A stretch of 64,000 nt of DNA from positions 832,001 to 896,000 of the forward strand of contig OY969559.1 in NCBI GenBank assembly GCA_963701075.1. The letters are read 5' to 3'. The notes beneath the pieces are model-generated. The model saw only the letters and a program-made list of their open reading frames with translations, did no database searches and was not told the DNA's origin. A program made the translations under genes and the position numbers. This stretch comes from an uncultured Nitrososphaerota archaeon. Lineage in GTDB: Archaea; Thermoproteota; Nitrososphaeria; Nitrososphaerales; Nitrosopumilaceae. Shown in pieces: positions 10,150 to 19,992 of the stretch. Each line of letters opens with the position of its first letter. The first letter of the stretch is position 1.

Positions 10150-10468
10150 GAAACATTGACTCCAATGCTGTTACCGTGATATCTGCAGGACACCTACTAG
10201 TACATGCTAAAATATTTTTTGATAGAATTATGTAATTTGAATTGTAATCATCGTCAGTTAAAAATTTGCAATTGGTTGTTGACGATTGCTGTAAATATTT
10301 GAAATGTTTTATCCCGACGGAGTTTTGGAAGAGCCTTAACAGGCGTTCGACGTTCTCAATGCTGACTCGGTTCTTTTCCACGCTTTAGAATCTTTTAGTC
10401 AGGCAACGGATCATGTAGAATCTTCTAGAACAATTGATGGCATTTTAATATGGATTACCTTTCGATCA

Positions 10469-11146
10469 ATGTATACATGTCAATACAAGGAGGATCTTTC
10501 TTTGCAAAAGTGGCTTTTTGATGTAAGAAGTAGAACATTTTTCCTTCTGACATTATCATTTTTTGTGCTTGTATATCTAGCAAGTGCAAAAATTCTTGTC
10601 TATCAGGATACTATCTTTGAAAATTCATTGCAAAAACTAGCGGGAAACGCTACTGTGGATCTTACTATGCAGATCTTTTCTGAGATTGGTTGGGTCATGT
10701 ATCCGATATTTGTCGCCATAGTACTTTTTATAATGAAAAGGACCAGGCGCCTGGGCCTGATACTCCTTCTTTCGCTGTTGATAGGAACCATAGCTGCAGC
10801 ATACATGCGATGCTACACAGGATATGAGAAACCAGACCTTGTGTTCATGGGGGCGCATTTATCGATAGAATCTGGGGCCGATGTTGGAGTTCCATGCCAG
10901 ATAGATGGCACATTCCCAGCTGGCCACACAGTACGAACAACAATATTTGCATTCATTGTAGGATATGCATTATCAAGAAGATTTCCTAGAGGATGGCACT
11001 TGATATGGCTGTATCCGATTCTTGTCTCAATTAGTAGGTTGTATCTACTGCAGGAATATCCAACAACAGTCATTGCCGGAGCAGTACTTGGCATCTTGCT
11101 GGCAGATATAATGTCAAAAAAGTCTCAAGATCGAACTCATCTTTGA
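10469..11146 (+). CDS. PAP2-family membrane phosphatase (C-terminus probably frameshifted at 11121-11125)
   Basis: FPAGH and SRLYL motifs; multiple TM helices. Confidence 0.8.
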   Translation: MYTCQYKEDLSLQKWLFDVRSRTFFLLTLSFFVLVYLASAKILVYQDTIFENSLQKLAGNATVDLTMQIFSEIGWVMYPIFVAIVLFIMKRTRRLGLILLLSLLIGTIAAAYMRCYTGYEKPDLVFMGAHLSIESGADVGVPCQIDGTFPAGHTVRTTIFAFIVGYALSRRFPRGWHLIWLYPILVSISRLYLLQEYPTTVIAGAVLGILLADIMSKKSQDRTHL

Positions 11147-11150
11147 TAAA

Positions 11151-11462
11151 TCAGAAACCCAGGGAACTTAAGACCCGTGAGCTTATCAATACCATTGCAA
11201 AATGATCTTGATCATGACTGTAGATCCAATATCTTACGTCGCGCTCTTGTTTTGCCTTTCGTAGGTCTTGGTTAAGCTCATTCATAATTGTAAACCCGAT
11301 TTTTCTTGCTACATCTTTATCTTTGGTCATGATTACTTTGAATCCTCCTTTCTGTGCTGAAAATCCCAACTTGACCATTTCAGCTGCAATATCAGGTGCC
11401 ATGATCTCATTTTCAATCTCAAATGTTTTGGAAATAGGTATCTGTGATGGGTGAAATTCCAT
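11151..11462 (-). CDS. Conserved hypothetical protein
   Basis: 103-aa ORF with protein-like composition that fills the intergenic space. Confidence 0.7.
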   Translation of the reverse strand: MEFHPSQIPISKTFEIENEIMAPDIAAEMVKLGFSAQKGGFKVIMTKDKDVARKIGFTIMNELNQDLRKAKQERDVRYWIYSHDQDHFAMVLISSRVLSSLGF

Positions 11463-11621
11463 GCGTTTTTCCTGTTAATGCCAAATAAAATCTACTTGCT
11501 CTATTTCTGATCGTGTTTAAAATTTTACGAAAAAATCTAGAAAATATGTAAAAAATATTAACTCTTATGTCAAATCCTGATCATAACAAAAACTTAATCG
11601 ATTACAAAGGCTCTAGAACGC

Positions 11622-12512
11622 ATGGCATCCTTGGAGACACTCACTAAATCATATAAAGTAAAGAAAATTGAGGTTGCAAAATTACGAAGAAAAAGTGAGA
11701 ATAATCTAAAAGAGGTACTCTCGAAGAAAAGGAGATCATCGTCAGGACTTGCATCTTTAGTAAGAAAAAATGAATCTTTAGGCAGGCAAATTGGGCATGT
11801 GGCACAACTGCTGAATCAATACATGGCACAAAAGGAGAGCATATCTAGGCTCAAGATTGCAGCTGAAGAACGACTAAGATATGAGCAAGATGCACAAGAT
11901 AGCGCAAAACAGCAAAGCGAATATGGTGGACCAGAAGAAAAGGCATCTGCACAAGAGAGGTTAAAATTCATTGGTGAAAAGATAATTGAATTACATGCAC
12001 AATTAAAGGAACGTGAAGCGATAGAGACTCGACTTGCCAAACAAATTGAGAGTTTACAAAAGGAAAAAACAAAGCTTGATTCGCAATTAAGGAAACAGGC
12101 TCACGCTAAACCTGGATTGCTTGAACAGCTAAAATCTAGCGAAAAAGCAGAGCTGGTGCTACGACCAAGAGTTCAATCTTTGATTAAAAGAGAGGCTCAA
12201 ACAACCAAAGCATTACAATCCATGGAGAAGAGATTGGAAGAGGTCATGGCTCAGAGAAGAAAAGCGGCAAGAAATGCCAAGAGAAAATCTAGGAAATCAA
12301 AAAGAGTCAAAAAACGAAGAGTTGTCAAAACAAAGACAAAGAAATCTACAGGGAAGAAAACAAGAAGAGCAAAAACACGAACTAAAAAGGCAAAAAGAAA
12401 GGTAGCAAGAAAAGTAGTAAAGAAAAAGACAGCAAAGAGAAAAATAACAAAAAGAAAGGCAAAAGCACGCACTCAAAATCAAAACGAAGATAGTAATCCT
12501 ACGCTTCATTAA
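11622..12512 (+). CDS. Coiled-coil protein with Lys/Arg-rich histone-H1-like tail
   Basis: Long E/K/Q/L heptad region; ~70-aa KKRR/KKTAK tail. Confidence 0.85.
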   Translation: MASLETLTKSYKVKKIEVAKLRRKSENNLKEVLSKKRRSSSGLASLVRKNESLGRQIGHVAQLLNQYMAQKESISRLKIAAEERLRYEQDAQDSAKQQSEYGGPEEKASAQERLKFIGEKIIELHAQLKEREAIETRLAKQIESLQKEKTKLDSQLRKQAHAKPGLLEQLKSSEKAELVLRPRVQSLIKREAQTTKALQSMEKRLEEVMAQRRKAARNAKRKSRKSKRVKKRRVVKTKTKKSTGKKTRRAKTRTKKAKRKVARKVVKKKTAKRKITKRKAKARTQNQNEDSNPTLH

Positions 12513-12539
12513 TATTGAATAACTTTTTTTCCGTAAGTT

Positions 12540-13323
12540 ATGTCGCTTCCTAACAGAATTATTGTGGAAGTAACTGAGATTCCAAAACTCAAGAACCCTT
12601 CACTAATCTGCGGTCTGCCGGGAAGTGGATATGTTGGAAAGCTTGCCGTTGATCATCTAATTGAAGAATTGAAAGGAATTCCGTTTGCAAATATCTTTTC
12701 ATCATCATTTCCTCCACAAGTCTTGATTCAATCCGATGGAACTGCAGATCTCATGAAAAATACGCTATATTATTGCAAGAGTAAATCATGTGATCTTGTT
12801 CTTCTCAGCGGAGATGCCCAACCTGTTAGTCCAGAAAGCGAGTATGAGATGGCAGATGAGATAACCAAACTTTGTGAAAAACTTGGTGTGAAGACGATCT
12901 ATACACTTGCTGCATATATCACAGGAGCATTTACAAAAACTCAAAGGGTTTATGGAACAAGCACTTCGTCTGAAATCGTAAAAGAATTTCCAAAATATGA
13001 AATTCATCCAATGAATAGTGGAAGTATTACTGGAATGAATGGGTTGATAATTGGAGTGGGAAAGAGAAAGAACATAACCGGTGTTTGTCTGCTTGGGGAA
13101 ACTTCAGGCTATGTGGTTGATGCAAAGGCATCAAAAGTCTGTCATTGAAACTCTTGCCAAGATGCTTGGCCTCAAACTAGATCTAGTTGGCATTTCAAAA
13201 AAGGCACAGGATACAGAACAACTTGTTAAATCAATTGAGGAACAAATGGGTAGTAGATCGTCGCCGGAATCACTACCAATATCGCCACATGATAGAAGGC
13301 TAGGGTATATCAGACTAAAATGA
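12540..13323 (+). CDS. PAC2-family proteasome assembly chaperone (split by indel at 13136-13140)
   Basis: GLPGSGYVGKLA, SGDAQP, ITGMNG and GETSGY motifs; continues in the 13081..13323 frame after DAKASK. Confidence 0.88.
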
Positions 13324-13925
13324 AAAAACGTGGACCAATTGTAATGATTATCGGTGCAGCGCTGATAGCTGTCGCTTTTGTAATGTCTTATTCTGTTATG
13401 GAACGAGCAGGTCTAAATTCTGGTAAGGGTGGGTTTTTTCCGTCACCAGAAAACATGTTCGATGAAGTATCAGAAAAAGAAACAATTGATCCTGGTAATG
13501 CATATACATTTTCCCATACTACTTCATCATCTCAGGTCCCATTGATGTGGGGTCTCTACATGACAGATTACAAACCCGATGACCAAGTTGCAGTAAATGT
13601 TACCAATATCTTTGGTGACAAGTTTGGCTCTTTTGAGGAAGGAGAGCCAATATTCATCAAGTCATTTATGATACCAAAGGTGGACACATATAGCTTCAAT
13701 GTGGAAAACACGGGTAACGCCTCAGTAACAGTAGAGGCCATGTTTACGGAGGATCCCGAAAAGTCAAAGGCACTAACTGATCCAAATTCGCCATTTAATC
13801 AAAACATCGTACCTCTTGCAGCTGCAGGCTTTATGTTGATAATTGGGATAATTGCAATTATCGCTGGAATAATACTTGGCGTAATAGATTGGAAAAAGAA
13901 CAGGAATCAGTCTAGGTATATCTAG
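13320..13925 (+). CDS. Membrane-anchored hypothetical protein
   Basis: N- and C-terminal TM helices flanking a beta-rich domain. Confidence 0.75.
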   Translation: MKKRGPIVMIIGAALIAVAFVMSYSVMERAGLNSGKGGFFPSPENMFDEVSEKETIDPGNAYTFSHTTSSSQVPLMWGLYMTDYKPDDQVAVNVTNIFGDKFGSFEEGEPIFIKSFMIPKVDTYSFNVENTGNASVTVEAMFTEDPEKSKALTDPNSPFNQNIVPLAAAGFMLIIGIIAIIAGIILGVIDWKKNRNQSRYI

Positions 13926-14221
13926 AATTCTAATACTTCGAGTTTACCGTACTTGCCTACGTTAAGAGAATTCTCTCCTCTAAATGTAGAGATGTATCCA
14001 TTTTCAATTCTGATCTTTGAACCCTGTTTTACCATCTTGATCTGTGCATCCCATAAGGTAAGCTTGATCTCTCCGGTGTCATCTTTTAGCATTGCATCTG
14101 CAACTTGGGCCTGTCCGCCTGTCTTGAGGTTTACAGTTCTTGGTTCGCTTATGCTGCCTATGACTCCTTCAACAGGCTCTAACCTGTTTTGTGGTTTGTT
14201 GAGTTGACCTATGTTTGGCAT
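13922..14221 (-). CDS. ssb: Single OB-fold single-stranded DNA-binding protein
   Basis: VADAMLKDDTGEIKLTLW...IENGY...LNVGKYG, crenarchaeal-type SSB/RPA OB fold. Confidence 0.85.
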   Translation of the reverse strand: MPNIGQLNKPQNRLEPVEGVIGSISEPRTVNLKTGGQAQVADAMLKDDTGEIKLTLWDAQIKMVKQGSKIRIENGYISTFRGENSLNVGKYGKLEVLEF

Positions 14222-14306
14222 TTAGTAAAATTTTTCGGGTTCAAATAATAAGTGTTTTGATATAAAAGATCTGCCAAGGCATCAACAACCTCTCGGCATT
14301 GGTACG

Positions 14307-14699
14307 TTAGTAAATGTCCTTACTAATGATCTCCTGAATTTTAATTGAGATCTCTGTCACTTTATACGGTTCCATGTTAGGCTCACACGTTACATAAATC
14401 AGCCCATATGAAATGTAAAATATCAATAAATGAATTTTCTCCCTCACCAAGTGTATCATACTTGTTTTTCCTAGGGTTTCATCAAATACATCAAACATTT
14501 GTTTTAACAAAAACAAGTCGTAAGAGATACGTGCCTTCTGCTCTGTGTTATGCAGAGCAATCTTGTTTTCCTTCATCTTGGATAGGATTATCTTTCCTTT
14601 ATTATCTATAATTCCAACATGACGCATAGCATCGTCTATTGCTAAAATTTTATTTACAACGTCTGGAAAACTGGTGATCTTCCATCCCTGACCATCCAA
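14307..14699 (-). CDS. Roadblock/profilin-like protein (DUF6659-like)
   Basis: MRHVGIIDNKGKI...FDETLGKT...REK; resembles 9090..9512. Confidence 0.65.
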   Translation of the reverse strand: MDGQGWKITSFPDVVNKILAIDDAMRHVGIIDNKGKIILSKMKENKIALHNTEQKARISYDLFLLKQMFDVFDETLGKTSMIHLVREKIHLLIFYISYGLIYVTCEPNMEPYKVTEISIKIQEIISKDIY

Positions 14700-14750
14700 C
14701 CAATGGGTTTGTTTTTAACTATTTCTAATATCTGAATAAATGATACATAA

Positions 14751-14849
14751 TCACGAAGAATATGCGCTCCATACCATGACGATCATCGTTATTATGAAAG
14801 CCCCAAAAATAGAGCCTAACACAATTGTTAATACTTTTTTCCTACTCAT
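14751..14849 (-). CDS. 32-aa single-TM microprotein
   Basis: MSRKKVLTIVLGSIFGAFIITMIVMVWSAYSS*, read from sequence; below the ORF-track cutoff. Confidence 0.55.
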   Translation of the reverse strand: MSRKKVLTIVLGSIFGAFIITMIVMVWSAYSS

Positions 14850-14974
14850 TTTGGCTACTCTTGGTCGTGCTTTAATTAACATATTATTCATTCTATCGGA
14901 GAACACTGATACCTATTTGCAAGCCATGAATATAGTGATTAGATTTTAAATAACCATCAATAAATCAAGACGAC

Positions 14975-15646
14975 ATGAGCGAACAACCAAGAACATTCTT
15001 TAATTTCTCGTTCTTTAAGGTTGATCCAAAATGGCGCTGGATGGCAGACCTTGCAAAAGAAGAGTCTGCAAAAGAAGTGGAAATCATATTAAAAAATTCA
15101 CAAATACCTTACAGGTCATATTCTACTCTTGGACTACGCGATGACGCAGAATTCTTGTTGTGGTTTGCGTCAGAATCTGTTGAGAAGATACAAGATGTGG
15201 CCTCAAAATTATACTTGACAGTTTTTGGAAAATACATAATTCCAACACATGTTTATCTTTCATGCACAAGACCATCAGTATATACAAAAAACACAACAAC
15301 ACGCGGCTGGCTTGGTGGGGAAGAACAAAAAAAATATGTCATAGTGTATCCATTTATCAAAACTAGAGGATGGTATCTTCTTCCACTTGAAAAGAGAAAA
15401 GAGCTAATGTCAGAACACATTGCAGTTGGACAAAAATATCCCGAAGTAAATTTGAACACAACGTACTCTTTTGGAATCCACGATGAAGATTTTATGCTTG
15501 CATTTGAAACTGATAACTTGGACAAGTTTCAGGACTTGATAATGGATCTAAGAGAGACTCGAGTCAGTGAATATGTACAAGTTGATACACCCATGATAGT
15601 TTGTGTGAAAAAAGACCTTATCTCACTGATAAGGAGTCTTGGATGA
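14975..15646 (+). CDS. Chlorite dismutase / coproheme decarboxylase (ChdC/HemQ) family protein
   Basis: YPFIKTRGWYLL...MSEHIAVG...TYSFGIHDEDF; lies near the heme genes. Confidence 0.85.
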   Translation: MSEQPRTFFNFSFFKVDPKWRWMADLAKEESAKEVEIILKNSQIPYRSYSTLGLRDDAEFLLWFASESVEKIQDVASKLYLTVFGKYIIPTHVYLSCTRPSVYTKNTTTRGWLGGEEQKKYVIVYPFIKTRGWYLLPLEKRKELMSEHIAVGQKYPEVNLNTTYSFGIHDEDFMLAFETDNLDKFQDLIMDLRETRVSEYVQVDTPMIVCVKKDLISLIRSLG

Positions 15647-16191
15647 TGAAGGCACTAAAGGAATGGGCAACTGTAGTAAAAGCACTTGAGAACGGAAATC
15701 AGACTGTCTTATTGAGAAAGGGCGGAATTCTTGAGACAGATTCAGGATTTAGGGTTGAGGCAACAAAGTTTGCACTGTTTCCAACTTATGAACATCAGGA
15801 TAACGCATCACTGAAATCGCAATATTATGGATATCTTGCTGATGTAAGAGAGGGCAAACCTAAGGAAGGGTACAACAGAATTACTTCTATTGCACAAGTA
15901 GTTGAGGAGTGTGATATTTCTTCAATTGAAAAAATAGAACAACTATCACCATTTCACATTTGGAGCGACTCTTATATCGTGGAAAGAATGAACTGGATGC
16001 CGTCAAAACCCATGAAGGTCATTTTTCTTAAGGTTTTCAAGATTCCTGCAACTGAGGTGCCTGTCTTACCAGATTATCACGGATGTAAATCTTGGATAGA
16101 ATTAAATGTAAATTCGGAGACTGGAAAGTCTGTTTTGAGTGATGCAGAATTACAACAACAATTAGAAGAGTTTAGGAGAATTGTAAATTGA
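15643..16191 (+). CDS. DUF1802 family protein
   Basis: ALKEWA...LLRKGGI...LFPTYEHQ...YHGCKSW. Confidence 0.85.
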   Translation: MMKALKEWATVVKALENGNQTVLLRKGGILETDSGFRVEATKFALFPTYEHQDNASLKSQYYGYLADVREGKPKEGYNRITSIAQVVEECDISSIEKIEQLSPFHIWSDSYIVERMNWMPSKPMKVIFLKVFKIPATEVPVLPDYHGCKSWIELNVNSETGKSVLSDAELQQQLEEFRRIVN

Positions 16192-17186
16192 AGTACAGGA
16201 CACTTGGTAAGAGTGGAATAAAGGTCTCTGAGATAGGATTTGGAGCTTGGACTCTGGGTCTTGATTGGTGGGGAAAGAAGATTGAGGATGATGAGGCTAA
16301 ACGACTGTTAAAACATGCATATGATTTGGGAATTAATTATTTTGAGACTGGGGATATCTATGGAAGAGGAAAGAGTGAACAACTAATTGGCGAAGTCTTC
16401 TCTGGAATGAGAAACGAGGTTGTGATATCTACCAAATATGGATATGACATTTACAGCAATGAACAGATAGGCCACAAAGAACTTCCTCAGAAATTCACTC
16501 CAGAATTTACTGAATTTGCTTTGCAGAAGAGCCTGGAGAGGTTGCAAACTGACTATCTTGATGTCTATGGTTTGCACAATCCAAAGATCAATACTATTCG
16601 AGACAAGCAGATATTTGATTATCTAGATAAGAAAGTAAAAGAAGGCATTGTCAAAAGCTACCAAATTGCTCTAGGCCCTGCAATTGGATGGACTAGAGAG
16701 GGTCTTGAGGCAATGGATCTTACAAACACCACTGCAGTCCAGACAGTCTATAACATCTTGGAGCAAAACCCTGGAAACATACTGGTAGAACAGGGTGAAA
16801 AGCACAATGTGGGCATTCTTGTCAGAGTACCGGATGCTTCTGGAATACTAACCGGCAAGGTTACGGCAGACACAAAGATTAGTGAAAAGGATCATCGTTC
16901 TGTGAGGAGCGGTGATTGGGTAAAACAATCCCTTCAAAAGGTTGACCAACTGATGCCGATTGCAAAACGATATGGTTGGAACATAACCGAACTTGCAATC
17001 AAGTTTCTCTTATCGCATAATGGAGTTTCGTCAGTGCTTCCTACTGTTGTAAGCGAAGAAGAGATTACAATGTTCTCGCAAATGTCTGATGGAAAATATC
17101 TTAATGTGTCAGATAAGAAAGAGATAACTGAACTCTTCAACCAATGGCCTCCATACGAACTCAAGGCATCTGCACAAACTGCATGA
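16188..17186 (+). CDS. Aldo/keto reductase
   Basis: SEIGFGAW, IYG, STK and SLERLQTDYLDVYGLH motifs. Confidence 0.9.
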   Translation: MKYRTLGKSGIKVSEIGFGAWTLGLDWWGKKIEDDEAKRLLKHAYDLGINYFETGDIYGRGKSEQLIGEVFSGMRNEVVISTKYGYDIYSNEQIGHKELPQKFTPEFTEFALQKSLERLQTDYLDVYGLHNPKINTIRDKQIFDYLDKKVKEGIVKSYQIALGPAIGWTREGLEAMDLTNTTAVQTVYNILEQNPGNILVEQGEKHNVGILVRVPDASGILTGKVTADTKISEKDHRSVRSGDWVKQSLQKVDQLMPIAKRYGWNITELAIKFLLSHNGVSSVLPTVVSEEEITMFSQMSDGKYLNVSDKKEITELFNQWPPYELKASAQTA

Positions 17187-17272
17187 GGAGATCCTTTCTT
17201 TGAACCTGTCTTACCAAGTGTCTTTAACAATGTTTTTCTTCTCTGTATATACAAAAGGAGATAGAACAGGAA

Positions 17273-17803
17273 ATGGTTTTGGCTACTAAAAAGACATCAA
17301 CTATGACATTTCGAATTGATGAAGACGTTCTAAACAAACTGCGAGAAGAATCTGAACACAGGGAGACAAGTCTTAACACGTTTGTCAATCAGATCTTTAA
17401 GAGATACGTAGAGTGGGATATGTTTGAATCAAAGGTTGGGATGGTACCTATTGCCAAGCCAATAATAGTTGAACTCTTCGGTAAGATGACAAAAGATGAG
17501 ATAATAGATATGGCTAACCGTATAGGCAAGAATGTTGTTCGAGATATTGCGCTGTTCATGAAGGGAGACATTAGCCTAACCTCTTTTCTGTCATGGTTTG
17601 AGATGAGGATGAAAGCCTCTTCAATTGAGATAAATCACAACATAAAAAATGGTTATCATACATTTATTGTAAAACATGATCTTGGTGATAATTGGTCATT
17701 ATACCACAAGATTGTCCTTGATTTGATATTTGCTGATGTTCTTGATAAAAAAGTCGAGTTTGACTATAATGCCGGTATGATCTCATTCAAGTTCAGTGAC
17801 TAG
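17273..17803 (+). CDS. Ribbon-helix-helix transcriptional regulator (thaumarchaeal family)
   Basis: TMTFRID...SLNTFVNQI N-terminus; HDLGDNWS; paralog of 41991..42521. Confidence 0.75.
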   Translation: MVLATKKTSTMTFRIDEDVLNKLREESEHRETSLNTFVNQIFKRYVEWDMFESKVGMVPIAKPIIVELFGKMTKDEIIDMANRIGKNVVRDIALFMKGDISLTSFLSWFEMRMKASSIEINHNIKNGYHTFIVKHDLGDNWSLYHKIVLDLIFADVLDKKVEFDYNAGMISFKFSD

Positions 17804-17875
17804 ATGTTTGCAACTATTTGCACATGAGCACATTCTAATCTCCCTTGTTATATTGACCAGAACAAAATAGAGATT

Positions 17876-18199
17876 GTGCAGGTACTTCTTCTGGGCAAAG
17901 ATGTGGACCAAGAAAATACACGCAACGACATATTGAAGATAATCTCAAACGAGCAGGCCATCCAAGTACTTGAATGCAGCATAAATTCACCGAAATCTGC
18001 ATACGAAATCAGCACTACATGCGATATTCCTCTCACTCAGGTGTATCGATGGGTTAGAAAGTTGCACAAGATGGGGTTTGTTCGCATCTCGGGGGCAACA
18101 AATACCGCTGGTAAAAAATACTTTATGTATAAAAGCAAAGTGCGGGAAATAAAGATAGTACTAAGCGCCACTTTCAGCCCTAAAATAGAAATATCATAA
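17876..18199 (+). CDS. Winged-helix (ArsR-like) DNA-binding protein
   Basis: KSAYEISTTCDIPLTQVYRWVRKLHKMGFV...GKKYFMYKS. Confidence 0.75.
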   Translation: MQVLLLGKDVDQENTRNDILKIISNEQAIQVLECSINSPKSAYEISTTCDIPLTQVYRWVRKLHKMGFVRISGATNTAGKKYFMYKSKVREIKIVLSATFSPKIEIS

Positions 18200-18234
18200 A
18201 CAATCTCTTTTTGTATTTTATTTTTGTATTGGTC

Positions 18235-19248
18235 TTATACGGTAATTGTTTCTTCTACCTTGAACTCGTGTTCTACAAAGTATTCAACTCGGGTCTTTTT
18301 GAACTCTCTAGAGCTGAATAATATCTTGTAATCGTGTACGTCTATCTGATCTTGGATCTCACGTGCAATTTTTTGAGCATCATCATTTGATTTGCAGTGA
18401 ACCATTGAGAATACATTGTAGGGCCAGTCTGGATAAACGGGTCTCTGATAACAATGGCTTACTTGGGGAAATGCTCCTAACTGTGCTCCAACCTGCTCTA
18501 TTCTTTCTTCAGGTACCTTCCACACTATCATGCCGTTTGCCAAAAAACCTACCTCTCTGTGCCTTAGTATGGCTGCAAATCTACGCATCACGCCAATCTC
18601 TTCGTAATATTTGGCCTTTTCAAGAACCTGCTCTTCTGTTATTCCGAGATTCTGTGCAGCCTTCAAAAATGGTCTCTCAGTTATCTCAAGATCTTTTTGC
18701 AACTCGCGGATGTATCTCTTGTCCTCTTCGGTTGCAACAAATTTCACTTCACGAATCTTCTTCTTCTCTTCAACAGGCTTGACTTCTGCCTTTTTCTCAT
18801 CTACCATCTCAAGCTTTACGCCAATCTTGAAGAGCTTTATTGTTGGAAGCATTCTGACTTTGTTGATGCCCTGTAACTTTGAAAACTTGTCAATCTCGGA
18901 TTTGAGGTCTGAGCCAGGTGGAACAGCTAGGGTAAACCACAGATTGTATTCGTGATTTCTCTCATAATTGTGGCTGACGCCAGGATGCTTGTTTACTTGG
19001 TTTGCAATGTTGTCAAGTTTGTCTGCATCAATTGCCATTGCAACCAACGCACTTTTGTAACCTAGCCTTCGCGTATCAAAGATTGCGCTAAGTTGTCTGA
19101 CTATTCCAGCTTCTTTGAGTGCACGCAGCCTCTGCATCAACTCTTCGTCTGAAATTTGAAATTTCTTTGCAATATCAGAATATGGTCTTGGAACAAGAGG
19201 AAATGTCCACTGGATTTCATTTAGAATCTCTTTATCCATCTTGTCCAT
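18235..19248 (-). CDS. ahbAB: Siroheme decarboxylase, fused AhbA/AhbB (Lrp/AsnC-like, NirDL type)
   Basis: Two repeats with VSHNYER and VSHCYQR motifs; divergent from sirC-hemA-hemB. Confidence 0.88.
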   Translation of the reverse strand: MDKMDKEILNEIQWTFPLVPRPYSDIAKKFQISDEELMQRLRALKEAGIVRQLSAIFDTRRLGYKSALVAMAIDADKLDNIANQVNKHPGVSHNYERNHEYNLWFTLAVPPGSDLKSEIDKFSKLQGINKVRMLPTIKLFKIGVKLEMVDEKKAEVKPVEEKKKIREVKFVATEEDKRYIRELQKDLEITERPFLKAAQNLGITEEQVLEKAKYYEEIGVMRRFAAILRHREVGFLANGMIVWKVPEERIEQVGAQLGAFPQVSHCYQRPVYPDWPYNVFSMVHCKSNDDAQKIAREIQDQIDVHDYKILFSSREFKKTRVEYFVEHEFKVEETITV

Positions 19249-19338
19249 GAATACCACATCAAATCTTGCTTACAATTAAAAATGTTACCTAGATTTCCGT
19301 GGAATCTATAAATATCTTACAAAGACAAGCGAGAATCA

Positions 19339-19992
19339 TTGATAGTTGATCTAAACCTCAAGGGAAATCTGGTGATTGTCGTGGGCGGAGGAAACGAGGG
19401 GCTCAAAAAGGTCAACGCATTGCTAACTCAAGATTGCAAGATTCTTCTTATCAGTGATTCAACTAACAGGCAAATAGACAAGTATGTCAAACAAAAAAAG
19501 ATTGAATTTAAAAAAATAAAACTTGTAAACGCTGATTTTATAAAAAAATACAAACCGTTTGCGGTGCTTGCAACTACAGATGATAGAGATCTGAACAGGA
19601 AGATAGTAGAACAGGCAAAGAAGATGCGATGTTATGCTTACGCTGCCGATGATCCAGAGGTCAGTGACTTTGCATTTGGCTCTGTCATAAACATCCAGGA
19701 TACTGTACAGATAGCTGTATCTACAGGCGGACGAAGTCCGGCAATGGCACGCAGACTGAGAATGCAGGCAGAAAAGGTATTCAAGAAACTAATCAAAAAG
19801 GAGGACATTTATCAAATAAAACTGCAAGACTTTGCCAGAAGGGCAGCGAAGACAAAAATTACTACTTTTCCTGAGCGCAAAAAGTTCCTCTACCGTGTCA
19901 TGAATGACAATCATATCAAACAATTAATAGCTGACGGAAACCTAAAAAAAGCACAGAAACACGTGATCGAGATGTTGGGTGATCTAAACTGA
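19339..19992 (+). CDS. sirC: Precorrin-2 dehydrogenase / sirohydrochlorin ferrochelatase
   Basis: VVGGG, ATTDD, DDPEVSDF and STGGRSPAMA motifs. Confidence 0.88.
   Translation: MIVDLNLKGNLVIVVGGGNEGLKKVNALLTQDCKILLISDSTNRQIDKYVKQKKIEFKKIKLVNADFIKKYKPFAVLATTDDRDLNRKIVEQAKKMRCYAYAADDPEVSDFAFGSVINIQDTVQIAVSTGGRSPAMARRLRMQAEKVFKKLIKKEDIYQIKLQDFARRAAKTKITTFPERKKFLYRVMNDNHIKQLIADGNLKKAQKHVIEMLGDLN

Noticed and set aside
10031-10420. ORF 10031..10381 and imperfect hairpins at 10250-10410
   Set aside because: Overlaps the DUF1059 gene, no protein motif, and the stems are short enough to be chance
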